Assembly: GCA_964106645.2 (NCBI GenBank)
Contig: OZ067049.1
DNA length: 64,000 nucleotides
From: Podarcis pityusensis
Lineage: Eukaryota
Reading direction: 5' to 3' (one strand)
The notes under the pieces are model-generated. The model made no database searches, was not told the origin of the DNA, and saw only the letters and a list, made by a program, of their open reading frames with translations. Below, in pieces: positions 1 through 12,934 of the stretch. Each line of letters starts with the position of its first letter. Position 1 is the first letter of the stretch. The position numbers and the translations under genes were made by a program.

Positions 1-399
1 ATAGCTATGCTTTGAATATATGATTTGTAGGAGTGAATCTTTTTTTCCCTTCCAAATTCCCATGACTCTAGACTGACTAGTCACGAAAAACAAAGAATTA
101 ATAGCTGAGAGCTATACAGCAATCCTCATATCTATGTTTCTTCCTCTATCTTCCAGGAGCCAGTGTTGCCCCAAGGCATTCAGTGCTGTCTTCCCCACAA
201 ATATGTGGTAAGGCACGTACTGAAGCGAAATGAAGTAAGGAGGATAAAAACTGGAATGTAATAGCTGTAGGTATTTTTTCTTTCTTCTATTCAAGAATAG
301 GCGAGAAAGAGATCCTGTGAATTCAATTTCTCTTTTTATATATAAGAATATATTTTGTTTAATTATGTGCATTGTTTCTGACACACCATTTGTTTCCAG

Positions 400-473
400 G
401 CTTTAGGAAAACAGTTGAAAATATGTGGCTATAAGAAAAATAATGAAGTTACCGATTTGTATCTTGGTGAAAA
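400..473 (+). CDS. LRRC72: LRRC72 coding exon (first in window; upstream exon lies outside)
   Basis: tttccag|GCT...GAAAA|gtaagt; translates ALGKQLKICGYKKNNEVTDLYLGEK, resembling the LRRC72 N-terminal QLKICG motif; phases join with downstream exons. Confidence 0.85.
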
Positions 474-689
474 GTAAGTACCGTATATTCTTCTTCTTTT
501 TTTGCTGATTTAAGGCACTGTTCTGTTAGGCTCAGCTGAAAAGAATCAATTTTTAGACTGATTAATCTTTAAGCAATAGAAAACAGAACTTCTTTTTGGT
601 TCTGTGAAAATAAAATAGTTTGTTTCCAGGACCAGTAAGTTGCCATTTCATTCTTAAATCTTTATTTTGTGAGGCCAGTGCTCATCTTA

Positions 690-1054
690 AAAAAGGTAAA
701 GGACCCCTGACCATCTTAAAAAAGGTAAAGGTAAAGTCCAGTCATGAATGACTCTGGGGTTGCGGCACTCATCTCGTTTTACTGGCCAAGGAAGCCGACG
801 TTTGTCCACAGACAGTTTTTCCAGGTCATGTGGCCAGCATGACTAAGCCACTTCTGGCGAAGCCAGAGCAGCACACGGAAACGCCGTTTACCTTCCTGCC
901 GGAGTGGTACCTATTTATCTACTTGCATGTTGACGTGCTTTCGAACTGCTAGGTGGGCAGGAGCTGGGACCAAGCAACTGGACCTCACCACCGATCTTCC
1001 GATTGGCAAGCCCAAGAGGTTCAGTGGTTTAGACCACAACGCCACCCGCGTCCC
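690..1054 (-). mobile_element. Sauria (Squam1-type) SINE
   Basis: Minus-strand head GGGACGCGGGTGGCG..., (ACCTTT)n tail, TSD GCTCATCTTA at 680-689 and 1060-1069. Confidence 0.88.
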
Positions 1055-2960
1055 GTAGGGCTCATCTTAGAAAAGGCTAAATATCAGAATTCCCTTAGTG
1101 ATGTACAAATTGTGCTAGCAGAATGGTTTGCACAAGAGAAGGCGCAGGACCCAGCATAATGCACAATCATTATTATCTTCCTTACCATAACACAGTAGGG
1201 GTTGCTCTAGCAGTCAGAGAATGTTGAATGTAGGCCAGAGTTTGCACATCCAAACCAGCAAACTGATTTGTAGTTTCCCTCCAAATCATAATTGCTCACC
1301 ATGATTTGCTTCTGCTTTGCAGTTTAGGTATAGGCTAAGCAGGAAGCAGTTCATTGTATCTGCCCATACAAGGGGAAGAAAGGACCAAATAACCAGAGCA
1401 TGGTTGTTTCCACACCTCCCAAACCATAGTTTGCAACATTACTTCTAAACTGGCTGACTTGTGTTGTGTTGATTGGAGCAGGGCTGCTATAAAAAGCTAA
1501 TAAATATTTAAGTCTGTGCATTAAAATCCTCCAGTACTGTTAATGAAGCACAGGAAATTCTGCTTCTGAGAAAGCTGTCATCTTGAGGAAATTGATTAGT
1601 TTAGTTGTAAATTGGAAAAGAATGCTGGAGGCCCAAAGGGCATGCAAAGACTAGAAAGACCTGCATAAAGAGGCAGGTTAAAAAAATTATTGGAATTAAA
1701 CTCTCCTTGGAAGAAATGTAATGCCTTTGGGTGCAATCCTCAGATGAGTTTCTCCAGATATGTTCTATTTATTTCAGTAGAATGTCTCTAGAGTAAGTGG
1801 TTTGAGGGCTGCAGTCTGTTCATCAAAAGGGTAGGCCTGGAGATATGGGGCAGGGTGGGGGAATGAAGCCAATTAAAAGTAAGTTTAAAGTTTTGGAGAG
1901 AGAAATAGAAGATAACTTGCATGTGGATAGAAATCAATAAGGAAAAGTGATTGTTGTGTGTGCATTGTGCAGAGCTCCAGCATTTTATAAAAAAAACATC
2001 ATGGGATTGAGAATTTTGCCCAGGTATGTCAAATTTTGCCAAGAGTCCTTTAAGCCATGGCTAAATTGCCGAGAATCTGTGCCATAACAGAATGCAGTAT
2101 GCAGAGTATCTGTTCCGGGTTTTCTTTTTCTCTAGAGAGATCAAACCAATCACACTAGGCTTCCTTTGCCATTGTTAGACAGGCTCTTCAAGCCTGGCAG
2201 CAGACCAAATAGAAGACAAGTGTTCATTCACCACATCTAGCTCCCGTTAGGTGGGAAGCAATACATCTCCAGCTATTTCCTCACCCCAAATGGTTCATAG
2301 CTTTCCCCCTGTCTTGAATATACATTGATCATGACAAATGGAAAGAACATTGAGAAATGGCTGCAATTTCTTTTTAGATAACCACTTAGGGCCAAATGTG
2401 TCATGGAAGATCTGAGGTACATAGAAGATCTCACCTTCTTTTGTTTTCACCAACAGCAGTCATGGGTGGAGGAAGCTGGGCTTTTATGAGTACAGGAAGC
2501 TCCCCGCTTCAAAAGAGGCCCCTCTAACTTACTGTGATGGTAATTGTGATGCCAACATATAAGAGAAGGACCCTTGCTGCTCGTCTCACACCTGAAGAGT
2601 GCTAATGTTAATATATGAATGGACATTCCCCCCATGCACTCAGTTGCTTTGCAGTGTGATCACTCAGACCATTAAGTCTCTAATTAACTATGGTTTTTGT
2701 TTCATCCAAAACAAGCAAAACAACCCAGATTATCAGCTTCAGAAGAAGCCAGAATATTAAACCATGATATATCCTGGCTTGTTCCAAAGCTGCTAACCAA
2801 GCTGATACATGATCATCTGAAGTCAACCACTGATACTTGCGTTCCTCACCAAATATGAGGTAAAATTGTGGAGACTGAGAACTGTTGGTACTTAACAAAA
2901 GTCATTTATTTACTACTTTAGATGCTCAGCAACCACTGGGTGTGAATGAATTTCCATATA

Positions 2961-3201
2961 CAGTGGTACCTCAAGTTACAAATGCCTCAGGTTTCAGACG
3001 CTTCAGGTTACAAACTCTGCTAACCTGGAAGAGTTACCTCGAGTTGAGAACTTTGCCCCAGAATGAGAACGGAAATCATGTGCTGGCAGTGCAGTGGCAG
3101 CAAGAGGCCCCATTAGCAAAAGCACACCTCTAATTAAGAACAGTTTCAGGTTAAGAACAGACCTCCAGAATGAATTAAGTTCGTAACTAGAGGTACCACG
3201 G
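2961..3201. mobile_element. Tc1/mariner-pogo type MITE
   Basis: TIRs CAGTGGTACCTC...GAGGTACCACGG flanked by TA; same family as 26850 and 34719 in opposite orientation. Confidence 0.85.
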
Positions 3202-3397
3202 TATTACTTCATAAGCAGTACTGTATATGCTTTTCTGACAAAAGAGGATTGCTTACTGCCAACAGTATGTGAGCACATTGAATCAAAAAGCAGCTGTTAC
3301 TGATGCAATTACATAACTGCTTCAGTGCTTATTTCTGATGTATAATAGTATATTAAAGTGGGTATTAACAACTGAAGTTATATAACTTTTGTTTCAG

Positions 3398-3467
3398 AGG
3401 ATTAAAAGAAATCCCTGATTTATCACAGTTCCGGATATTAAGCCATTTGTGGCTAAATAATAATAAG
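3398..3467 (+). CDS. LRRC72: LRRC72 coding exon
   Basis: tttcag|AGGA...AAG|gtaata; GLKEIPDLSQFRILSHLWLNNNK, LRR LxxLxLxxN motif. Confidence 0.88.
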
Positions 3468-3695
3468 GTAATAAATATAAAGTTTACATTATTTTTTACA
3501 CTTTTGACTTTATTTTTGGCAATAAAAAGTAATGGGGGATTTTGTAGCATTAAAAAAAAAAGCTTAGAATTTGTTGAATTTATAGACTGGGTCCAAAGCT
3601 AGAATGCAACCCCATTCATTTCAGGAAAAGAGATTTAAACATATACCTAACTGCCACAATGGAATTAAATTTTGGCTGTGTGTTTAGTACTAGTA

Positions 3696-4159
3696 CAGTG
3701 GTACCTTGGCCCTCAAACTTAATCTGTTCCGGAAGTCCATTCCAAAACCAAAGCGTTCCAAAACCAAGGCATGCTTTCCCATAGAAAGTAATGCAAAGTG
3801 GATGAATCCGTTCCAGACTTGTAAAAACAACCCCTAAAACAGCAATTTAACGTGAATTTTACTGTCTAACGAGACCATTGATCCATAAAATGAAAGCAAT
3901 AAACAATGTACTGCAGTCACACAATCAATCAGTCAGTAGCTGAACTGGGTTCCACACAGTCATAAAAACAAAACAAAAAGAGCCACAAAAACAAAAATGC
4001 AAAAGAAATAGCAAAAGCAGACAGACCTCAGCATAACACTCAAAACGGAGCACGTTCGGCTTCCGAAAAAAGTTAGCAAACTGGAACACTTCCGGGTTTG
4101 CAGTGTTTGAATTCCAAGTTGTTTGAGTACCAAGGCGTTTGAGAACCAAGGTACCACTG
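3696..4159. mobile_element. Tc1/mariner-pogo type MITE
   Basis: TIRs CAGTGGTACCTTGG...CCAAGGTACCACTG, TA TSD. Confidence 0.85.
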
Positions 4160-4876
4160 TACAAGTATCACCATATGGTTGGGAGAAAGGGCTCTAAGGG
4201 ATGGAAAAACTCCCATGTGAAATTGCTGGTCAGTGCAAACAATCCTGAACTCTGGGGACAAATGATCTGACATTTGTCAGATACTTTCAGCAGCTTCCTC
4301 TGCTTCTGTATTGCTGAGGCAGGGACAATTTGCCCTTGGATACTTTCCCAGAGCCATTTGCTCCCAACCCCTGGTGAGCCACAAACACCATCCTTTACAG
4401 TTCAGAGCTATTTGGTGCCCCTGTCTGAGACTGAACATTGAGTGCATTTAGGCAGCCGCTATAGTGGGGCAGGTGCACTCCTTGGACTTTCAGGGCAGAA
4501 TATATACAAGTTTAAAAGCAGAAACATGAATACATGTTACAACAATGAATCAAGAAGAATAAATAGGCAGACGGAAGGCTTTTTGAAAGTCACACAATAG
4601 CCACAGGTTCTGTCACTGGCTGCTCACATATGACTGTAAATACATACATACATACATACATACATACATTTCTAAGGCTATGAAAAGATACTGTAAAATT
4701 CCATATAATTTGGGAGAACATACAGGTTTATCGCCTTGGGCTAAGAGTAATCACATGCCATATAATGTCAACCATGTTGAAAGGCTGCCGTTATTACAAT
4801 GTTTTGCATGTTTCAGTATGCTAGCTAGCAGACAGCTTCTTTGTACAGTTCAGGCCTGTACAATGTAGGGCCACCT

Positions 4877-4879
<3 letters not shown>

Positions 4880-4916
<37 letters not shown>
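4880..4916. repeat. (GCTT)n microsatellite
   Basis: About 9 perfect units; (TACA)n also at 4640-4668. Confidence 0.95.
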
Positions 4917-4920
<4 letters not shown>

Positions 4921-6139
4921 ACCCCTTGGGTTAATTCCAAATACCTGTTGCTTGTTTCCCATACCTGTGGAAAGTTGAAAGGCTGAGAGAGTGGAAGTCT
5001 TGTGAGCTGTTGCTGGTGGAGCAATAGACATAACGTACCAGGGCGTGCGGAAGGGGAGGGGAAAGGTAACCTAAACATGAAATATAGGATGCAGAAAGAC
5101 TTGTGAGGTGGAGAAAGAGCGTAAGAGAGGGATATTATATATTTATTTTAAGCAAAAGAGTGAGACTGTTGGATGGGAGAAAGGTAAGAACACCACATTT
5201 ATTGAATACAGAAAGTCTATGAGCGCTCTCACTCACACACGCAAACCTTTTATTACATCTATCCACTTCCACGATGCAGTTCAAGGTGGTTTACAGGCCC
5301 CTGAGCATGGCTAAGTTCAGCAAGCTTGCTGCATCTTGTCCCTTCAGCCCATGTGCTGGGACCAGCTTATCTCTTCCACCGTTTGTGAGAACTGAGCCAT
5401 TGTTATAGGTGCCTCAGACTTCTTTGGGAGGAATGGCACGATAGAAATTTAGTAAATAAAATGTGCATTCCACCTGATCCTTGTTTAACGCTCTAACACT
5501 GTGTATTTTCTGAGAGTCTGTATTCTACTATCACTGTGTTTACATAATTGTTTTGATTTCTACATTGTATAAATTATACATTCTATAAATATTAGGTTAT
5601 GTATTGACATTTGTATTCTGTGATGTAAACTACCCTGAAGTCTTTTGATGAAGGTCAGAATATAAATTTAATTAATACTAATATTAATACTTCTAATATG
5701 TAGCAGATTAAGTATTAGCAGACTATATATCCTTTGCTGAAGCTCTCCTTTTCCAGCTTTATGTGGTTTGTGCCACTTCAGGACAAAGGATGAAGAGGGT
5801 AAAATGGCTGAGGTTTCAGCAGACTGGGTGGCATTCAGTGAAGTTTTACTAAGAGCAGACTTACTGAAATTAATGGACCTAACTTAGATACGTTCACTAA
5901 TTTCAACAGTATGGAAATCATATGACATGCAAAAACATGTTATAGGTAGATGCTTAATATGGAAGAAAAGAACATTTCTACACTGTGCACTTTGGGGCCT
6001 GTTATGTTTCTAATCTGTTATATGGGAAATTTCACAGGCCTATTTAAACCCACAAAGATAGCATATAATATATGCTATATGGTATAGTTCTTCACCAATA
6101 AAATCACATGAACCTATTGTTCTAATTCTCATAATTCAG

Positions 6140-6221
6140 ATTCAGAATCTAACTATGTTGAAGCATAACTGCTGCTTGACAGAACTGTACCTCAACAATA
6201 ACGAAATCCGAGATATATCAG
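6140..6221 (+). CDS. LRRC72: LRRC72 coding exon
   Basis: ttcag|ATT...TCAG|gtatgg; IQNLTMLKHNCCLTELYLNNNEIRDIS, LRR repeat. Confidence 0.88.
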
Positions 6222-6624
6222 GTATGGCGTTAACATAATCTCTTTTGAACCGGGAGTGATTCCTGTGAGCATATATGTGTTAAATTTGGTTGAAATAGAC
6301 TGCAAGAAGTCCTGGAAATAAGACAAGTGGTGCTTCATGAAAATAGAAAAAAGAGAGAATAAGTCTCTAGTCCTAGAAAGAGGGCTTGGGGTCCCTTCCA
6401 ACTCTATGATTTTATGAGTGTATGAAAGTTATGAAGCAAAATGTGCAAGTATCCTTCTAAGCAATTTCTGTGAAATGACCCAGCCTGCCTGCTCTTGACT
6501 GTCAGTGTTTTTAGCCAATTAAGCAATCAGTGAAATCAAAGCTGTGATTGATAAGCGAGTTATTTCCCCTTAAGTGCACTTTCCCTGCTTCTCTCTTATT
6601 TTCTAGTTTTTGGAATTCAGAAAA

Positions 6625-7990
6625 CCTAAATAATTCCCAGCCAGTTGCCAATCTCCCCTTCTTGGATAAGGTTCTTGGGTGAGTGGCTGTGGAACAGATC
6701 CAGGTGCTCTTGGAGGAAACTGATTTTCCAGATCAATTTCAGTCAGGGTTTAGCCCTGGTTTTGGCACAGAAACCGCTTTGGTCAGCCTGTATGATGACC
6801 TTTGTCAGGAGAGAGAGGAAATGTGTCCCTGTTTAATTCTCCTTGACCTCTCAGCAGCTTTTGATACCATTGACCATGGTGTCCTTCTGGAGCAGTTGTT
6901 TGAGTTGGAGGTGGGTGGCAACACTTTGCAAAGGGTGCTTCCAGAGGGTGATGCTTGGGGAATGTTATTTGGCCCCGTGGAGCCTTCAGTGTGGGTTTTC
7001 TCAGGGCTTGATTTTATCCCTCATGCTGCTTAATCACTGAGTGTGGTCATCCTGAGTTTTGGAGTATGTTGTCGGCAATACGCTGATGACACACAGCTCT
7101 GCTTCTCCTTTACATCTGCAGGTGAGGCAGTGGATGTGCTAAATGGTTGTCTTGCCTCAGTAAAGAATTAGATGATAGTCAATAAACTGAAGCTCAGTTC
7201 AGATAAACTGAGGTACTAGTAGTTGGTGGCTCCCTAGCTCTGATGGCTGGGAGGTTGATGGGGTTACACTCCCTCTGAAGGAGCGGGTACAGAGCCCGGG
7301 CATTTTTCTGGTGTGGAGTGCCTTCCATCAGATTCAATTGGTGGTCAGGCTGCGCCTTTATCTGGACAGCTGGACAGTGATAGCCGAATTTCTGTTGTCT
7401 ATGCTCTAATAACCTCTAGGTTAGATTACTGCAATGTGTTATATGTGGGATTGTCTCTGAAGATGGTTCAGAAACTTCAGCTAGTGCAGAATCCAGTGAC
7501 CAGGTTTCTCACTGGGACAAGATGGTTTGAAAACATAATGCCAATCCTAGCTTGACTGCACTGGCTGCCAATTAGCTTCCAGGCCCAATTCAAATTGTTG
7601 GTTTTGACCTATAAAGTCTTAAACAGCTCAGGACTGCAATGCCTCAAGGATTGTCTCTCCCCATATGAATTTACTCCGTATGTTCACCCTATCTTCATAT
7701 GCCTCCTCCATGAGAGGTTCAGACGGGCAAAATGAGAACAGGCCTTTTCTGCAGTGGCTCCCTGTTTGTGGAGTGCTCTTCAGAGGGAGGTTTGCCTTAG
7801 ATATCTTTAGGCTCCATTCAGAAACTTTCCTCTCTAACCAGGCTTTCAGCCTTTTAACTACCTGTGATCTTTTAGAAGTGGGTTGGATGTTTTTTAATGT
7901 TTAGTGTATTTTGGTTCGAATGTATCCATATGGGGTTGTTGTTGTTTTTCTGTTCATTTGGTTTTTGGTTGTAAGTCGCTGGGCGAGATA
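6625..7990 (+). mobile_element. Degenerate L2-clade LINE, 3' half
   Basis: Frameshifted RT remnants QSGF.PG.GTETAL, LLDLSAAFDTIDH, YADDTQL (near 7079), SRLDYCN, LQLVQN, LHWLP. Confidence 0.85.
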
Positions 7991-8071
7991 AGGAGACGTA
8001 ACAAACTGAAGAAACAAAATAAAAGCACAAGTGAGGCATTATTTTATTGTTAATTGTTGTTGCCATTTTAG

Positions 8072-8185
8072 GTGCTCTGAAACATATTCATGTGTTGCAA
8101 ATCCTGATGCTTCACAACAATCACCTGAAAACCCTGGAGAAAACTGTGAAAGAGCTTCAAGGAATGCAACATCTGCAGACCTTAA
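8072..8185 (+). CDS. LRRC72: LRRC72 coding exon
   Basis: ttttag|GT...TTAA|gtaatc; GALKHIHVLQILMLHNNHLKTLEKTVKELQGMQHLQTL. Confidence 0.88.
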
Positions 8186-9393
8186 GTAATCATTTACCTT
8201 TCTCTCTCTCTCTTTCTTTTTCCTCCCCAGGCAGCACAACATTGACAGGACCCACTCATATATTTAGTAGAAAACAGATAGTTTTGAGGAGAAGGATTGA
8301 ATAAGATATATTAGCCTTTTTTGGAAATGCTTTTTGCTGAGCAAATAAGATTCTCTAATTGAACATACCAGTATCAGTTTTAACTAGTGTCTGCATTTGT
8401 TTTATTTTACGTTACTGACAGAGCAAGGGGTAGATGAAAATGCTTGAGACTCTGAAATTTCATATTAAGATAAACAAGACGGTGCTGGCGCCACTAAGCG
8501 TTGCTGCATTCAAATCGCCTTCAGGGAAGTAGGATTATAAACTGTTAACCTGTTGAAAGTGAAAGTGTAAGCAATCTTTCTCAGGTTTTTCCCCCTCCCT
8601 AAAGGAATGTGCTCATAGATCATACCAGGGCTTTCAGAACTTTTAAGAAGCAGGAACTAATTTAATGCCTCGGTAAAGTAATTAATAGAGGTATTTAATA
8701 TTGTTACAGGCCACCCTAATCTCTGCCGAGTGGCAGCAAGGGATTCCAGGGGTCTTGGCACTTAACCAAGCTTTGTGTTTCCTTGGGGGAAATGATGCTG
8801 TAATATCTTAGAAATACAGTTTATTGACACATGTTTACGCCTGAGTTTTATGGCGGGAGAGCTCACAGCAATTATATCCCGAGATGGGGATGCTGCCCTT
8901 CAGTCCCACATGGCGTTCTGTCCATGTCCTTCTCCTTCTTCCCAGAAACCCCTGCTCCAAAAACCTGTTGCAAAAGGACATCCTCTCTTCCTGTGATGAC
9001 ATCGCGCCCCACAGTTACCCTGGCAACCTCCCCCTCTCATCTCTGCTTTTGTCTTCTGCTAACTAACACACATCTGGGGGGAAAGGACAGCATCTGCATG
9101 GTCAATTGTTCTTTAATGGCCCAGTCACATTTCTCCTTGTGTTCTTAATGGCAACAATATCAACTTTTGGGGGGAGGGGGGCCTCAAATATTTTATTGGG
9201 GGTGTGTGGTAAAGGAACCTTGGCCCTTCAGTGTTGGCTCCTATGCCAAAGACCTTTCTATTCCAGCTTTCCATTCTCACAGTGGCCAACTTGATGCCTT
9301 TGAGAGGCTCACTAGCAGGAGATGAGCACAACAGCGCCCCCTTCTCATTGTCCTTGGCAAATGGCATTCAGAGGCCTGTGATACTTTTTAAAG

Positions 9394-9716
9394 CAGGGGT
9401 CAACAAACTTTTTCAGCAGGGGGCCGGTCCACTGTCCCTCAGACCTTGTGCGGGACCGGACTATATTTTGGAAGAAAAGAAATGAACGAATTCCTTTGCC
9501 CCACAAATAACCCAGAGATGCATTTTTAACAAAAGCACACATTCTGCTCATGTAGAAACACCAGGCAGGCCCCACAAATAACCCAGAGATGCATTTTAAA
9601 TAAAAGGACACATTCTACTCATGTAAAAACACGCTGATTCCCAGACCATCCATGGGCCGGATTTGGAAGGCGATTGGGCTGGATCTGGCCCCTGGGCCTT
9701 AGTTTGCCTACCCATG
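9394..9716. mobile_element. hAT-type MITE
   Basis: CAGGGGTC...TACCCATG ends, 8-bp TSD TTTTAAAG at 9386-9393 and 9717-9724; family shared with 30871 and 59929. Confidence 0.88.
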
Positions 9717-9859
9717 TTTTAAAGGCATCCAAGATGGCAGCCAGCGCACCAGTAAAAAATCCATGGTTCAACAATATGCTGAGTGAAGTATTTCCTCTTG
9801 TCTGGTATTCTGAGAGGGGGGAAGGTTGTATAATTTCTCCAAATTATGCACACCTCTAC

Positions 9860-10070
9860 CATGTCCCTTTCTTACTTGCTTTTTTACTGAATGAAAAAGC
9901 CTCCAATGTTGTAAACTTTCCTCAAAGAGGACTTGCCCCATTGATCATTTTGACTGTCCCCCTTTTCCAGCTCTATAACCTCCTTTTTCGAGGTGCGGCA
10001 ACCAACACTTTAGACAGCATTTCGACTGCAGTTACTCCATAGATTTATATAAAGGCCTTCTGATATTCTT
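9860..10070 (-). mobile_element. Old CR1 LINE fragment
   Basis: Resembles the reverse complement of the CR1 ORF2 C-terminal region; degenerate, boundaries approximate. Confidence 0.45.
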
Positions 10071-10176
10071 GTGTACGGAAGTTTTAGGCTCTGTACACTA
10101 TTCAAAGTGATGAGATTATTTCTACAGAGATGATTAAATCTCTACTTCATAGCCATAAAAGTAGTGTTCTTTCTAC

Positions 10177-10194
10177 TACTGCCATCTAGTGGTT
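10177..10194 (-). promoter_or_regulatory. CTCF-binding motif
   Basis: Minus strand AACCACTAGATGGCAGTA matches the CTCF core CCACYAGRKGGCRG. Confidence 0.55.
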
Positions 10195-10629
10195 CTTTGC
10201 ATGCAATCGATTACCATGATTTATTTTTGAGCGAGGAAAGAAGTCACAAAAATAGATGAACGAGATTTTTCAGGATATGGCCGGAAAAAAAGATAGATTA
10301 TGTTTTTTATCCAGATATTGTCATTATTAAAAGAAATCACTGATATATTGAAAGTGTCTTCCCGAAGCACAAGTCACTAATGTGCCTCACTACTGAGTTG
10401 CTTCTCTGGCAGTGTTTTAAAGCTTTCCCCCCTCTGCCATGAGACTAATGGAGTAGCATAATATTAAAACATGGTTTAGCACTATGTGTGTGAGTAGAAA
10501 TAAGCTTCAGCAAAATCTTGTGCTTTCACCCTTCCTCCTTCCCTCTCGTCCTCCCCATGTGGCCAGGAGAAGGACTTTGCTATCATTTACTTTGTGGGTG
10601 ATTTGTCTGCGTAATTAAATAATCTTCAA

Positions 10630-10900
10630 CCTGTTTTGAACGGGGTTGCACTTCTTCTAAGGAAGAAAGTTTGCAGTTTGAGGATGCTCCGTGATCCAAC
10701 ACAGGTTAGCCTCATAGGGAGAGAGAGTGTTATTTCTGTTTCATTGGATATACCAATTACGACCCTATCTGGGTAGAGATAAGCTTGCAGCAGTTATCTA
10801 AGCTTCGATAATCTCCTGCTTAGATAACTGTACTGTGTTATATGTGATGCTGCCTTTGAAAATAGCCTGGAAAGTCCAGCTGGCCCAAAATAGATCTGTG
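10630..10900 (+). mobile_element. Old L2 fragment
   Basis: Similar to the 7260-7500 part of the L2 copy (SCLDNC.VLYV.LPLK-like remnant). Confidence 0.55.
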
Positions 10901-10949
10901 AGATTATGAATGAGTACAGGTATATATATAAATATACACCTGTATATAT

Positions 10950-11516
10950 TTTTAAAAAGGTGATAGAACGGATTGTCAAAACTATCAAGGCATCTCTTTA
11001 TTAGCTGCGGACGGCAAAACTCTTGCAAGCATCTTAGCAAACTGTCTCCTAACAATAACAGAGGCTACCCTTTCTGAATCCGAAAATGGTTTTCGACCTT
11101 CTAGGGGGACAGTAGACATGATTTTCACTGCTCGACAGCTTCAAGAAAATTGCAGAGAGCAAAACCAAACCCTGTATATGGCCTTTATTGACCTAACTAA
11201 GGCCTTCAACAATGTAAATCATAATGCCCCATGGACTGTCCTTTTGAAAATCGGCTGCCCAGATAAATTTGTGAACATCCTTTGTCTCCTCCATGAAAAC
11301 ATGACAGCAACAATTGCAGATCACAATGGCTCTCAAAGTGCACCATTCAGTGTGGGATCATGTGTTAAACAGGGTTGTGTTATCTACCCAACTCTATTTA
11401 TTAGTTTCATCGCAATGATCCTACACTTTGTCGAAGGGAAACTCCCCACTGGAGTAGAAATCATATACTGAACAGATGGAAAGCTCTTTAATCTGAGTAG
11501 GCTGAAAGCAAAGACC
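10950..11516 (+). mobile_element. RTE-clade LINE RT fragment
   Basis: KKGDRTDCQNYQGISLL..., MIFTARQLQENCREQNQTLYMAFIDLTKAF, VKQGCVI.PTLF, typical of RTE RT. Confidence 0.85.
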
Positions 11517-11691
11517 ATTGTGTGCTTAGAGAGAGATGGTGGCCATTTCATGTGCTCTACCAGGGAAATGTCACGGCCTGCAGTATTCTGCCGGTATTAC
11601 ACTCTTTTATACTGTGCAATGCAGCAATAGAGAATCACATAAGATAGTTATGTAATGAGTTTAGGGTATGGAGGAGACTGCAGATGACTTA

Positions 11692-12013
11692 AAGGTAAAG
11701 GGACCCCTGACCATTAGGTCCAGTCGTGGACAACTCTGGGGTTGTGACACTCATCTCGCCGAGGGAGCTGGCATACAGCTTCTGGGTCATGTGGCCAGCA
11801 TGACTAAGCCGCTTCTGGCAAACCAGAGCAGTGCATGGAAACACCATTTACCTTTCCGCTGGAGTGGTACCTATTTATCTACTTGCACTTTGATGTGCTT
11901 TCGAACTGCTAGGTTGGCAGGAGCAGGGACCAAGCAAAGGGAGCTCACTCCATTGTGGGGATTCGAACCACTGACCTTCTGATCAGTTTAACCCACAGTG
12001 CCACCCGCGTCCC
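11692..12013 (-). mobile_element. Sauria SINE
   Basis: Same body as other copies; TSD GCAGATGACTTA at 11680-11691 and 12016-12027. Confidence 0.9.
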
Positions 12014-12431
12014 ACGCAGATGACTTACCTGCATTGAATTCTGAAGCATTTCAGCCACAAGACCAATCATGCTGATAAAATCCCAGACACCTAATTCCTG
12101 CTAGTCACTTTTTCTAATGGAATGATAACCAGCAATCTGCATAATAAGATGTGATTTGCCCCTTTGGCCAGGATCAGAGTATCAGAATATTTCTGGTTAA
12201 TCATAAAGAACAAACAAGAACTTCCAAGACTCATAACAAGTGGCAAAAAGGCATTTGTTACAGATCTTTTTTCATGTACCTCACAATGGGCCACAACGTT
12301 CAGGAAGGAGGTGCTTTGTGAATACAAACTGGTTGATTATGTCTGTATAGTATCTACTGAAATATGGAGGAGGTTGCCAAGTCTTTGCTCAGTCATTCTG
12401 ACCATTGTTCTCTTTGTTTCAACTCCTGCAG

Positions 12432-12521
12432 ACCTGTTTAATAACCCCATGTCTCATGATCGCAGATACCATCTGTACGTAATATACCACATTCCTTCAG
12501 TAACATTGTTTGACAGAAAAG
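12432..12521 (+). CDS. LRRC72: LRRC72 coding exon (LRRcap region)
   Basis: ctgcag|AC...AAAG|gtagaa; NLFNNPMSHDRRYHLYVIYHIPSVTLFDRK, LRRcap-like Y..YVI..P..L.D. Confidence 0.88.
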
Positions 12522-12934
12522 GTAGAAACTGTTTCTCCCCCACTTTCTTTTCTTAATAGACGTGAAGGATAATCACTTAATGCTTTTATATCTGAACAAG
12601 AAGCAATATATTTGTGGGTGCCCTTACTCAGCAGCCATCAATTTTGTAAGATATACTTGTTAGTATTGGGTGGATACATTGCAAGACATCATTCATCTTT
12701 AATAGAATTATCTGGCCCTACTTTTAAGAAACCTTCATGGAAATGAACGTGCATCTATAGCCTGGTTAAGTGAAACTGTAACAGCTTATTTATTTCAGTT
12801 TCCAGGGGAGTTGTCTTTGTTCGTGTATTACCACACAAGCAACAACATTTTATTGCTCCTTAAAGACACATAGATTTATCATGATTATTATTTGCTCTCC
12901 CATCAGATGTCAAGGAGATGTGTAACTATACAAA

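Noticed and set aside
11668-11982. Recurrent similar ORFs (GTYLSTCT..CFRTARLAG) here and at 22400, 32775, 33268, 43869 and 57918
   Set aside because: Antisense translations of Sauria SINE copies, not a gene family.
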